Shown: in pieces, positions 39,470-51,699 of the stretch
Layout of the letters: every line of letters starts with the position of its first letter
Numbering within the stretch: position 1 is the first letter of the stretch
Source of the DNA: Laetmonice hystrix
Lineage: Eukaryota
Reading direction: 5' to 3'
Length of the DNA stretch: 64,000 nt
Assembly (NCBI GenBank): GCA_965235115.1
Contig: OZ249436.1
Span: 36,952,001-37,016,000, forward strand
Notes under the pieces: generated by a model
What the model was told of the DNA's origin: nothing
Database searches by the model: none
Seen by the model: the letters and a program-made list of their open reading frames with translations, nothing else
Translations under genes and position numbers: made by a program

Positions 39470-39832
39470 GACTTGGCAGGCATTTAATTCAGCTCTTCAG
39501 ATGACTAACTACTTTGTTTACGTTCACAACATCTTTGGCGAGTTCATCGAACGTTTCTTTGACTTGACGATGAATGTTGGTTCACCATTTCGAGCCAGAG
39601 ACCAAGAAACAGTCCATGCAGTGGAAACATCCGCCCTTACCTCCTCCCAAGAAGGCAAAGTTCGTTTCATCTGCTGGGAAAGACACTCATCCTCGGTGAA
39701 AAAATCGATTTTCTCCATTTTCACAAAAAGTTGGCAATACCTTGAACTTCAAAGTCCTGCTGCAGTCACCAAAGATGCTGTTAACGTAAACAAGGTATTT
39801 AGTCATCTGCTGAGTTAAATGCCTGCTAAGTC
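39470..39832. mobile_element. MITE-like element, 363 bp
   Basis: About 70-bp imperfect inverted repeats: gacttggcaggcatttaa..catctttggcga (39470-39541) and its complement at 39766-39832. Confidence 0.75.
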
Positions 39833-42735
39833 ATATCGCACTCCATCAATAAAAATTCCCTTTATGTATTACGTAAGAAAGTGTATTAGTTACTTTTTGC
39901 ACGGTCTTTGATTTGTTTTGGGTACTCTTCCCCCCCCATTTGGAGCTTCAATCTCAACCCCAATCAATCATGGGACCTTCTCTATCCCATAAATCGTAAC
40001 CATATCTATATTTTCTTTTCACGAACCCGGAGAGGTTGGATATGTTATACACCCACCAGGTAAACCTGTACGGTTATATAGGGAAGTCCCAAAGTATGAT
40101 CTCCGTGGATTAAGATAATCTGGGCAGGTGTATAGGAAACAAGAAGCAAGTCCACAGTGATTAGCTCTGCTATTGATGCGACAGTTAAAACCAACCTAAC
40201 CATTCCTGTATTTTCCGACCGCGGTTTCATCTTTCGAAATGATATACCATACAATTTTCAGAAGAATGATTATTTTATGTGAAGAAGATAAAGAAGACAA
40301 AGGAGAGAACAAAGAGGACGAATATATACATGTCTACACAGTTTGTCTAAAAAACAGTACTAGATCCTGTTTTGTCATACTAAGAGCATACTGAATGTAA
40401 AATAACGAAAGGCGCACTGCTTCGTAGGTTACACGTTATCAGTATGGCTTCAGGAACAAACGTTAATATACAAAATTCTATCTAAAATTTGGAAACTTGC
40501 TCCCGTCCTGAAGATGTTCAACAGGTGTACGACAGGACGTAAACCCATCAACTCACCAACACTATTCCTCTTTCTCTTCTTTTTTTATTTACTTAACAAA
40601 CGTAAATTGTTTGTATTCTGGCGCATTTAACGCAATCTTCCCTATTGGTCGGGAGACGAAGAGCTGTCTGCGCAGAAACACCGGTTCTAGATATATGACA
40701 TTGATGAAGTTAGAACACGTGTAAAATGCAGGGAGTTTCACATTGTATAGTCTTCTTTCTACATAAACAATATTAAATTGTACATTTGCTATCATACGAA
40801 CGCAACATATTTTACATTTTAACAAAAATTATTGAAACTGTTTCAGTTTCACAAATGGCGCTTCGGCTCACTATCGATGGTTATAGTGACAGTAGACAGT
40901 AGGTAGGCCTCTTTAATCCCTGCTTCTTTAATCCTTATACCTTGCAATCCGAACACACTATCTGCTAAATGCTTTAAAAAGTGTTCTTTATTTCAAATAT
41001 TTTAATCAGGATCAATTCGGATAAAGGAGATCTCAATGTATATTAGAAAAAAAACATATTTAGGCCAGATTTTCAATTACAGATCGACAGGATTATCTTC
41101 CAGTAAGAGACAATTTAATCCTATGGTCTGTTGTGTTGTCAGGAAGCTTACGCTAGCTTGCACCAATCGATTTCTTCATGTACATATTGCGTAACATTTA
41201 ATATCCAACCAATTAATAGGGATCTCTTCACGTAGGATCAATTAATTAGCATTATGTTCCAATGGTCGTGTCTAATTAGGTGGTTTGTCAGTCGACATCA
41301 ATCAAGAAAAGGACTGATTGTCCAGTAGGATTAGGATCCATTATAGTTACGACTTGATCCAGCGAACAATATTTCTAATTAGCCATGTCTGTCTAAACCT
41401 TATAGCATGATTAGATTTGTATATCTTTCTACTTGGATTCACTTTTGTATTGTTTAGTTCTAGACTCTAGAGAGTATACCCTGAAAATAGATATAAGCAC
41501 TTTAGTGCCGGAGCCTGCTGAGAGCTTGCTCAGCTGGTGGAGGCCGCCATAGCGTCTGCTCGTTGGGCTAAACCCAAATTGCGCATGCTCGACCTAGGCC
41601 TGACCACTCACAGCACGACTGCTCTCCAGTTTGGGAGGAACTAAAAACTGACGCACATGTTGCGTTGAACGATTCGGAAGGTAGCGAACGTTGACAGCTT
41701 ACAAGCTATATTTGTTAGAACATAGACAAAAACCATCGATACGGATGATGAATGGCTAGTTAAGCCGACCGATATCCGGGTGTATAGATATATCAGGGTG
41801 GACACGGATCTGGTTAGCCGTGGGTTTCGGCCGCATTCGACGCATTCAATTCGTCCCGCTCGGAGGTGTGATGTTGACGGAGCTCGGCCCTGCTGCTACA
41901 ACCTGGCACTGAGATCCGGGCAGTGTCAGCACAGACCTGTTGCGTTTAGTTGTGACTGTGACTGTAACTGTGGGACTGACCCCCATCGATTCGCCCACCC
42001 GCCTCGGCTGCCTTTAGCCTAGTCTAGCCTAGCCCCGACAACCCCGGCCTCAACTGACCAATTCAGCGCATGCTCAATAGATGCAAAGATGGGCACAAAT
42101 GGCTACGCCACTGAAGCCAGTGATTTTGACACGGTTGTCATGTTCGACATATGACTTCTTGGAATGGGGGGACATTTATTTCCAACCACTACTCTGAAAG
42201 GTGAGTATATATAGAGGCCTTGCAGCTGTCTAAATGTGATTTTTGACTGGTCTTCTCCTTTAATATCTCTCTTCCCCCCGCCCTTGTTCACCTCAGGGCC
42301 AAAGGATATTCTCTAGGACAAGGCCGAGGAGTTGTAAACGGTGGATATAATCCTGTGTAAATGTGATTGGGACAACTAACAAGGGACCTAACTTTATTTT
42401 AATCTTAGTATAAAGGGAAAATGGTATATTCCACCAACTTTACCACATATTCCACCAACTTTACCACATTTCCGTGGATGGCATACTGACATGTGGAGAA
42501 AATTAGGCATGTAAATCGGGTCTGTAGATATCCCTGCCTTTTAAGGTGAGCAGACAGCTGAGAAACAACTTTACTCACTACATCCTGCTTAGGTGTGCGA
42601 AATGTTTGGAATGGGGCTCTCTAAGTAAATAAAATGTGATCAACACTGCCGATTTTAATTATGCGCTGCGGGCATGACTCACTTGAAACTGCGCTACTCC
42701 AGATCTGCTTCAATCGCCTTTCTGTTCCACTCTAA

Positions 42736-43182
42736 AGCGGTGTTTCCATTAACGCGGCTGCGGCCCGGCTGCGGTGCGGGCACGGGTACGGCTGATATGG
42801 CACGTCGTTGTTTTTAAAGGTGCGGCCCGGCTGCGTCCCAATGCTGTTGGTATAGAGTCATAGGACAGCCACGTGCCGAATCTATAAGTTTTTTGTTAAG
42901 TTTTTGGATATATTGCTTGCTGACCACGTGAGGCATGGTGTCATCCATTTTTTGAGTGAAGAACATGCACGTGACCACCTAGGATCAAGGGGATCCCTCA
43001 TACGGCTCATCTGCGGCTGTGCTCGAATCGCTCCATGACGCGATCGGGAAGAGCCGCATGCGACGCCCGTACGGGCCCCGTATGGAGATCGCATTAATGG
43101 AAACACCTACATTAAAAACAACGACGTACGATATCAGCCGTACCCGTGCCCGGACCGCAGCCGCGTTAATGGAAACACCGCT
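42736..43182. mobile_element. PIF/Harbinger-type MITE, 447 bp
   Basis: Perfect terminal agcggtgtttccattaacgcggctgcgg / ccgcagccgcgttaatggaaacaccgct, extending imperfectly to about 80 bp. Flanked by TAA and TCA (near 3-bp TSD). Confidence 0.85.
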
Positions 43183-44010
43183 TCACTCTTGCGTTCACTT
43201 GTCCAATGGTCTGAAACTATCTTGCCCTTGCTATGTGGTCCTCTCTAGCCCTTTGCTACTCGTAAGAGGCGATGACAGGGGCGAAGGTTGGCGTACAGTG
43301 AGGTAGTTTATTGGTATACTATACAGAATCGTATGTGTAATTTCGGTGTCATTTTTTACAATGGCCCTTCTCTTGTCTGGGTTATCAAAGGCGTTGGTAA
43401 GTCAAAACGGTCTATGTGAGCGGCCATAATGCGATTTTTCGAGAGAGAAAAAGAGTAGGGAAATTCTTCCCTTTGTTTTGTTTCTTTCTCACTTCTTCCT
43501 CATCATCGAACTCCGGAAAACAACAACAAGGGTATATAATAGATCTAAAACGGTTGTGTTTTCGCCTGAAATAGCGCCGACAGGGCATAAAACCACCGAT
43601 TGAGTCACTTACCCAGCTGGCCAACTACAGAAGATAAAACCAATTTGCCAACTGATCACGTGACCGCATACATGGCGCGTAACGGAAGGCAACATGACGC
43701 GCTGGGTGAATACACACGTTGTCGACTGGGAATGCCCCGTAGCCTCATAAGTCCGTTCATTTAGTCGTACAGGCTGAGCTGGGTCTTCTATCAGGATCCA
43801 ACTGATTGGGTAGGGAAATCGGACCGCCCAATGGGCCGACCTTTGGGTCGGATGTAGTCGAGCATGTGAACTGGGGACTCTTGACACCTCAGTGGTGCCC
43901 TTCCATGTCCTTTCCTCAAGTTTGAACACTCTTGGTACAATGACTGATACAACTAAAACGCCATATAACGTATGACTTTGCCCTAATGAGAGAGAGATTT
44001 GCTCTAATGA

Positions 44011-44069
<59 letters not shown>

Positions 44070-44071
44070 GT

Positions 44072-44280
44072 ATTTGGGTTACGCCTTGCAACAGCCAGGG
44101 TCATATCACAGGCGATGAGGATGATGATGAAAGTCAGTTTCCTCTTGGTGGCGGAAACCGGAGTACCCGGAGGAAACCACCGGCCTTCGGGAAGGAACTG
44201 ACTGAGTACCCGGAGGAAACCACCGGCTTTCGATAAGGAACCGACTGACGAACCTTTCACACATGCAGCCCAGGCGAGAG
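44072..44280 (-). mobile_element. Second copy of the same SINE, with an internal duplication
   Basis: Shares ttacgccttgcaacagccagggtcatatcac..gatgatgatgaaagtcagttt..cctttcacac with the reverse complement of 12865-13088. gagtacccggaggaaaccaccgg occurs twice. Confidence 0.8.
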
Positions 44281-47200
44281 TTAGAGAGAGAGAGAGAGAG
44301 AGAGAGAGCTAGCTAGAGTGAAGACGTTCATCCCGTTTCAACAGGTTGCACGGTACATGACAATAGACCCCATTACATCCCTTTCATGTTTGCAAGCATG
44401 TTATAAGTCAGCGGCATATTACGTGGGACGCCCAAGCGGTTGGATCTGTAAATCCTTTGTTCATAGTGGGCTTTCAGTGCTTGCTACGTTCAGAACCACA
44501 GACGACTACATTATGCCCCTCTGCCGCCACATAAAGAAAGGAGCACAGTGAAACACCACATTAGTTTCGCAAGGCAGGTCGTAGATATATGCGCCTGTGA
44601 AGCACTGCCAATTTCAGAGCTCCTTTACGGGCGGTCGCGCTCACAAATAATAGCAGTGGACATCCTGCATCTCCCATAAGGCTGTATCTCCAGCTTCTGG
44701 GAGGCAGAAAACGGACACGTCATGGGGTCGCCATTGACGGCTTGGACCCCAGGAGAAGCCCTAAAGCAGAGACTGGAGCGTGACTAGTGGAAACCTTACG
44801 AGAAGAGGGAATCCACACTCTGCCAACCAACAGATCCGACCAAAGACGTCGAAGCGAAACTTCCCTCTGGGGACTTGATCAACAACTAGAGGCATCTGAC
44901 CGCTTCTGGAAGTAACAACCTCAAAATACTGACATTGATGGGCACCGTACGACGCTGTATAAAGGCTAGACCACTGCTAGTAACAATCTGCGGCAGCTTT
45001 GCACAAGTTAACAATGCAAACTGACTGCTCCCGATGTCTGTCAGTCTAAGATAAACCATGGATACATGACCGGCTAACAAATGCTGCTCTCTGCTGCTCG
45101 TGCGATTGAGTTCATTCATGTCGGGTTTCCAGATATCAATGACTTTGGTTCCATCAAATAACGCTGTTTCAGTTACCCGAGTATTTGCCGTTATCAATCA
45201 GGAGCAATGCACGCCATTGGTTCCAGTTTTATACAATTATAACAAAAGGGATGCGACCAAAGGAACATAATGCACCTGGATACTCAACTATGCATCTATA
45301 CCAGCAACCATTGACTGTTGATTAGACGGTTCGGGGCAATTTATGGCACTATCCGAACTAATGCCCCAAAATGTACGCCCTACGCCATCGGCAATTTTCT
45401 ATATTCGGCGTGTTTGTATAAGGGCAAAGCAACATTTTAGTGGACTCGGTATCCGTGGACATTTTATACACAAGTCACGTACAGATACATGTCATAACCC
45501 ACTACCTCTTTCGCCCCAAAATCGCAATCCGTATTGCAAGAGTAGTAACAAAAATATTAACAACCTATTACTTTACAAGTCTCTGGCAATCCCCTGGCAT
45601 AGGCTTCAGGACTGAAACAAATTGTGGGGATTCTGTTTAAAAAAACCTCTACACGGCTATATCCAGATTCCAAGACATATCAACTGAAATGACACAGAAA
45701 TATGGCACAGAGGATTATAGTCTTTCAGCCTATAGCAATGAAAATGAGAATTTGCGATGGTTAATACCATTTCCGGCCCGCCTCGTGGCTTCCATGCGCA
45801 GGGCCTGCAGCAACCAATACAAACAGGAGAAGTTATCTCTGCAAGCTTGCTGCATCCTTGATTCAACATATTACAGCGGGTTCACCAATCCCATTAGATC
45901 ATATATACGCCGAGCCAAGCCACGTGGCTCCAACCTAATTATTAATGGAGGGAGACAACGCACACGCCCTCGGGGGAACAATCGCCAGGCTTCCTGACGA
46001 GGGAATGAACACCGGTCGTGGTTCTCGGGGGGGGGGGGGGGGGATACGAACAGGTGAATTACGTGAGGTAATTGCGGCTAACCTTTACAACCAGTTCGTG
46101 CATGGTGCGCAACCAATTTCAACATTTTAACACATATTGACCCCCGTGTGGATCGCATTCAGAAAGGGAATCGTTAAACCAAAATCTAACCTGTGAAATT
46201 ATTCTGACGATAAGCGTTTCACAGTGGCCAACCATTAAGTACTGTCTCACTGGTACCGGAGGAAAATCAGACTGTAGAGTGTGGAGCAAACCAAATGATA
46301 TTCATTGTCGCAAGGTCAATATGGCCATCGGGAGGGGGGGGGGGTGTTGCCCCCCCTCGTTCCGGCGTCTTTCGGTCTGAATGTTTCCACGAGCAGACTG
46401 GATGTTTGGGACCAGCTGCAGGAGCCCATGCCTGATTCACTAAACACCGAAAAAGATATATATGCCTTGGCCACTAATTGACAAGCAAATGGAACGTGCT
46501 ATCTGGTCTTCCGTTCTATGTACACGATGCCAGGAGACAGGGACGATTAGTCCCCACACATCCGGATACTCGTTCTGGGTTAACCCATTACAAAACCCAT
46601 AGCGCAACTCTATCCGTCCGTGTTTGTTAACCAATGCACAGGATGTGCGTACCATTTGTTCTTGTACACATGTGCGTTTTTAGTGTTTTCTTCCCCATCG
46701 TATATATAGATGTAAAGCGTATATACTGGATGGGGGTTTTGTGTTCAAAGCGTTGTGGCAAAACGTGGGTATTGGATTCCAAGCGAACCGTACGCCGTAC
46801 CATATGACACATCTGTGTTGTGTTGCAGCCTGGGTCTGATTATCGACCACTTACCTCATGCACGGAAATAACTTTGGTTCTCCTTAATATCAGCTCTGGT
46901 AGTTCTCATAGAAACAGAGCAACAACTACTATTACTACTACCACTACTACTTCTACTACTACTCGTGGTAGGAGTAGTTGTGCCCCTGTGACTCGATCAG
47001 GTCACTCAGGCTGAACAAAGTTTGAAGTTTGTATTATTGCCAGAAATTTGAAAAAAATCCACTTCACTTGTAGTATTTTTTTTTCATTAATGGCTTTTCC
47101 GTGTTACTGAAATCCGTCGCAGGCGTGCCTTTCCCCATTTCTTCTCAATGTATGTTTTGTAATGGAAGTCCTTTTCGACCAGGTTGGTCAGGAGGCCGTA

Positions 47201-47966
47201 CAACGGGGTTTTGTACACCGCTGGTGCGCACCCCCACCCCCCAGGCTGGCGACAGATCAATCAAAGGCAAACCAATGCATTCGTGAAAGCTGTGGCACAG
47301 TTTCGTCCTCAAAACCAACATAGACCCCCCGCACACAGCTAATAACTCTGGGCATGCGAGAACACTTTTGGTTGACCAACACCAGCCGCAGTTCTACTGA
47401 AATCCCTCGGATGATTACTCAACTGCGAGAGACGCTGATCGGCGGCATTCAGCAACATCCCCCATCAGCAGGTGAATGTGCCAATATCGTGACCACATGT
47501 AAATAGGCATTAGACCTGCCTGTAGCCCCTTCCCGCCCACAAGCTATAGAGGCTGCGCTGAGCTGGTCGTCGTACACGTTCTCCGTGTTGCCCGCACACA
47601 CATTACTGCGTACAGACCTGGGCATGCTTAAGTGCCTTTTAGGGTGCCAGTGTTTCCAGTTATCCATTCAGTAAGATTTATTCGACGTTGAATTATTCTT
47701 GATGGCTCCCCACTTTCGTCCCCACCCGTCATGCCTACATTATAAGACATTACGCTTTATATGCATGCACTGCTATTAAGTGACGTAAATATGCCACATC
47801 ATGTAAATTATGCTTACAATCGGATGTAATACTAAACTCAATAGATCATTCTCAAGGGTGATAAACATCCTAGGGAACAGGACGCCATTAGGGTACTTGT
47901 GGGTGACTGGAGATGACTAACAGTGACTTAATTCCTGTACATGAGACTCTTCTGCCTTGGAGTTTA

Positions 47967-48718
47967 GGCTGCGTTTGGATGGGCTGTTCTTGACGTTCCT
48001 GAACACTTCAGGAACATGTTCCTGATCATCCAAACAACAAAGAACATGCACCTGGAACATGTTCTTCATAGTACCATCCAATCACCGAGAATTATAACCT
48101 TACAAAATGGCTGCACGCAGCAATGATGAATTGAACAGTTATCTGGTGATGAATCACTAGTTCTTTCAAAATGTGACAGCGTGATTCCTTTGGTAGTTGT
48201 TTTAGGATTTTCTTTTTTTTTTTTGGGGGGGGGGGGAGGCAAGGCCTTTTTGGACCCCTCTGGATCCGCCACTGTCAACTTTACAAGCTAGCACCTGCGG
48301 TCGACCTGTGCAGCGTCGGCAGCTTGGCTTAGCGCAACTGCCGCAAGTTTCACAGCGCCCAGTGCCACAGCGGCTGTGTTTACCATAGACCTATAGCCTA
48401 ACTGCTCTTCTTGGTCAGTCAATTAACGGTATCCTATATGATTGATACTAAGCATCTTTTCTTTCAAAATAACTCTACTGTTCTTGAATAAATATACAAA
48501 TATTTCAATTTTGACATGAGAACATTGACGTTGATGGCATGCAGTCCGCCATATTTGTTCTTCTCACCCCTGCCTTGTTGGGGAGTGGGGAGAACAATGT
48601 TCGTTAACATGTTCGGCACTGTTCGGATGAAAAGAACAATGTTCGTATTCGTTCCCCAGTCCATCCAAACGACAAGAACATGTTCGAGTGTCAAGAACAG
48701 TCCATCCGAACGCAGCCC
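47967..48718. mobile_element. PIF/Harbinger-type MITE, 752 bp, with a nested short element
   Basis: 28-bp TIR ggctgcgtt(t/c)ggatgg(g/a)ctgttcttgac. TTA on both flanks. Repeated GAACATGTTC inside. Confidence 0.8.
48150..48276 (-). repeat. Short GGCGGATCC/poly-G interspersed element
   Basis: The reverse complement starts cagtggcggatccagagggg. Similar starts at about 4700-4818 (minus) and 63853 onward (plus). Confidence 0.55.
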
Positions 48719-50994
48719 TTACGTAAAGGTAGGCCTATACGTTTAAAAACGTCAGCTTATTTTTGCCTGCAAGCTCTTCCTGAATTTAAGGCTATACGAG
48801 TACCGACACATTTATTCCTTGACTGCATTCCACTATTATTCGGTAAACTTCCAAACTTTGTATGCATTTTTTAAAACCAAACACAGTCGGCCTGCATGTG
48901 ACATACTAATTTTCAGCCCTCACATCCGAATGGCGGGCGGCATACGAACGGCCTTGTAGCCGACATTGTGCAGGACGTTTGTTTCATGCCGGAACAGTTA
49001 CAGTGGCTTACCTCGGCTGCCACCAGACCCAGACAGACCGATATCTGAGGGTAACTGTTGGTCGGATCGATGCTCGTGTCATCTAGATTGGACATGGTGC
49101 GATGTGAAGCATCGACAATGCTCGTCGTATTGGCTTTAGATTCCCAACATTTGTGAATAGGACGGACTTATTGGCCAGACAGACCGCAAGAGAAAAACGG
49201 CCATTGGTAATAGTGGAAGCGCGTCCCCCCTGCTGCCGCAGTACAAGTAGTGGCTAGTTTGCATGGAACTGTACAATTACCTTAGCTAACCGAATGGCAG
49301 TTTTATTGCATGCAGCAAAAGAACGGTAAAAAGGCTAACATACGATCCTGAAGTTTTGCATGAATATTTTAAATGGCAGTTCAGTGAGTAGTCTCGCATG
49401 TCTCGTAATGTTCACGGGATGATATAGAAAATATATCCACCGCCTTGCCCATTTATCGATGAGCACGCTAAATGGATGTAATGTTATTTCTAAGATCCAA
49501 CAATAATAGCATTTCATTTCAACTTTGTGAAATAGTTGTGACAAGTTAGTTACATTACTGCAGATGACGGACATTTGAAATATGGCGGTCCTACTGTTAT
49601 ACTACTAAGAACACATTTTTATAAGAGAACACACTTCTGAAATTGCTAGCCTTATTTAGCACCATGGAATGTCATAAAAGACCGATGTAGGTAAATTAAT
49701 TCGGTCTATTATATGTGACTGCCACAATAACAGGTATATGGAACCAGCTGACTTTATTCGACCATTATGTGTCGGTTGGCCTAATTAATGCCCATAATTG
49801 TATAGGCCTAGGACTACTTTAGGTCTTCGCTATATATAATTTCCAGCACATTTTTTAGATTACTTTGACCATTATATGTAACTTATTATAATATCGTCAG
49901 GTGCTAGCTTTCCGTTCCACGTTTCCGTTTCACGTTTCCGTTCCACGTTTCCGTTAAACCGTTGCCCGGAAACTCTTTCCATGGATCAATTCCTTTATTT
50001 TCCATTTCATTGCACCGTTTATATCTAGCTACCCGCATGGGGTCTGGAGTTGTCACCTATCGGAAGGTTCATTTGTATGTCGGGTGGATACTTTTTCTGC
50101 CATTGCAATTAATTAACCAGCGACCATATGCGGGTCTAAATGACAAAATACTACTTGATTGGATGTGGGTAAATAGAATTCCATTTTGTCTGACACTACG
50201 ATCTGGAACATGTACATGTAGCACTCATAGCATTTAGCGCCTAAGCACGCCCCCCCCCCCCATTGAAAAAGAAATTAAAAGTCAAGGTTTCCATCAAGCT
50301 TTCCAACTCATTGACCTGACAAGGGGAACGTTAAATTAGAACAGCCCTCCCTTAAAAAAGTGCTCGGCCCCAATGCATTCTTTTTATCGAATTCACATTG
50401 AGCAGTGAAGCTGAAACGGAACTTATTTCCTTGACATTTCACAATTTATTTCCCATCCGTTCCCGAGAGATTCTTAAGATGCACTTGACTAACACCCTGC
50501 TTCGCTGATATGCCGATGTTTTCTTGTTGTTTTGCGTAAGTGTGTTAAAACGTTACGCCGAAACTAGAATTAAGAAGCAAGAAGTAAGGGGGAAAGCAAA
50601 ACAGGCACGGCCAATGTCTGTCAGATTTGTTCTGAAGTGGTCCCTCTAATGGTTTACGGGTGGGTATATTTCGGGTAAACTGCAAACTGAAACGAAAGAA
50701 ATAGAGTATTGTGTTTAATCCTCATGGTTCATTCTAGACCTACCTTTAAATATTAAAGGATCGAACCTACAGATTTATTTTAAAAAAATATGGTGTTCTG
50801 TTCTAAAAGTTGGATTTCACCTTTAACCATCAACTGTAGGAAGGGTGGAGATTCCTAATGTTTTCACTCCGTTGCCAAAGACCCAGTGTCTTTTTAGGCC
50901 TTGCTAAAGTGGTCTAGATAAAGATTTACCGGGGTGCCGGTTGGAGAAATTAGTTTTTAGTCTGTTGGCCATGTGTATATACTTCCATAAACTA

Positions 50995-51250
50995 CCGTGC
51001 GCCCTATAGTACACTCCCTGCTTAACCTACGACGAGGAGTACGGCTTGAAACCGCGACTTTAAAAGCATACTTGACATTGGCTCGTGCGCTGTGTTAATT
51101 GAGAAAGACAAATGGGGACCTCCTCCTGGTCAAAGGACCCCAAGGAGCTTTAGGAAAGTGGAAAAATCAATGACCCACTGCCTCACGCGCGTCACGCCGC
51201 TGAAGCCGACTGGAGGGCAACGTTTTACTCTGACCGTACTATAGGCACGG
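50995..51250. mobile_element. Possible small MITE
   Basis: ccgtgcgccctatagtac at the left pairs imperfectly with gtactataggcacgg at the right. Confidence 0.45.
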
Positions 51251-51699
51251 GCTGACCGTGCTACCGCCTTAGGTGGTCATTGGATATGATAGTTAGTAAA
51301 GGGATATTACAGGGCATAACCCCCCTTGGATGCAGCCTTGAAGGCTTGTCTCGTAAATTGCAGTCTTATTGTCCCGGGGGATGGCAAGAGGGTTGGAAAC
51401 GTGAAGCACGTCCCACCGGTGCCTTCGACTCTACTGCCACGCATGGAAGGTCGTCGAAATGATCGGGTTTGCGGGGATTAAGGGTTAGCGATAAAACTAC
51501 TACTTCTCGTTCATCTTTGGGATAGTATTCACTTATTAATCTTGGGGCGCGAGACCTATGAACTCCTGGCCGGCTTGGCCATTAGTTTGTAGTCGCGGAT
51601 ATTCTAAATAATTAGGCTTGCTGTATTACATCGAAGGTACCTTTATAGAAACGTCTGGATTGGATCCGTTCATTTAGACTTTCCCCAGTTCGCTTCCTA

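Noticed and set aside
39393-39818. 141-aa ORF containing MTNYF.........EFIER, spaced like the RAG1/Transib ITNYFHKTLAHVPEIIER motif
   Set aside because: Both Zn-binding histidines are absent, and the matching DNA is the left arm of a roughly 70-bp inverted repeat (39470-39541 / 39766-39832), so it is best read as non-coding MITE sequence.
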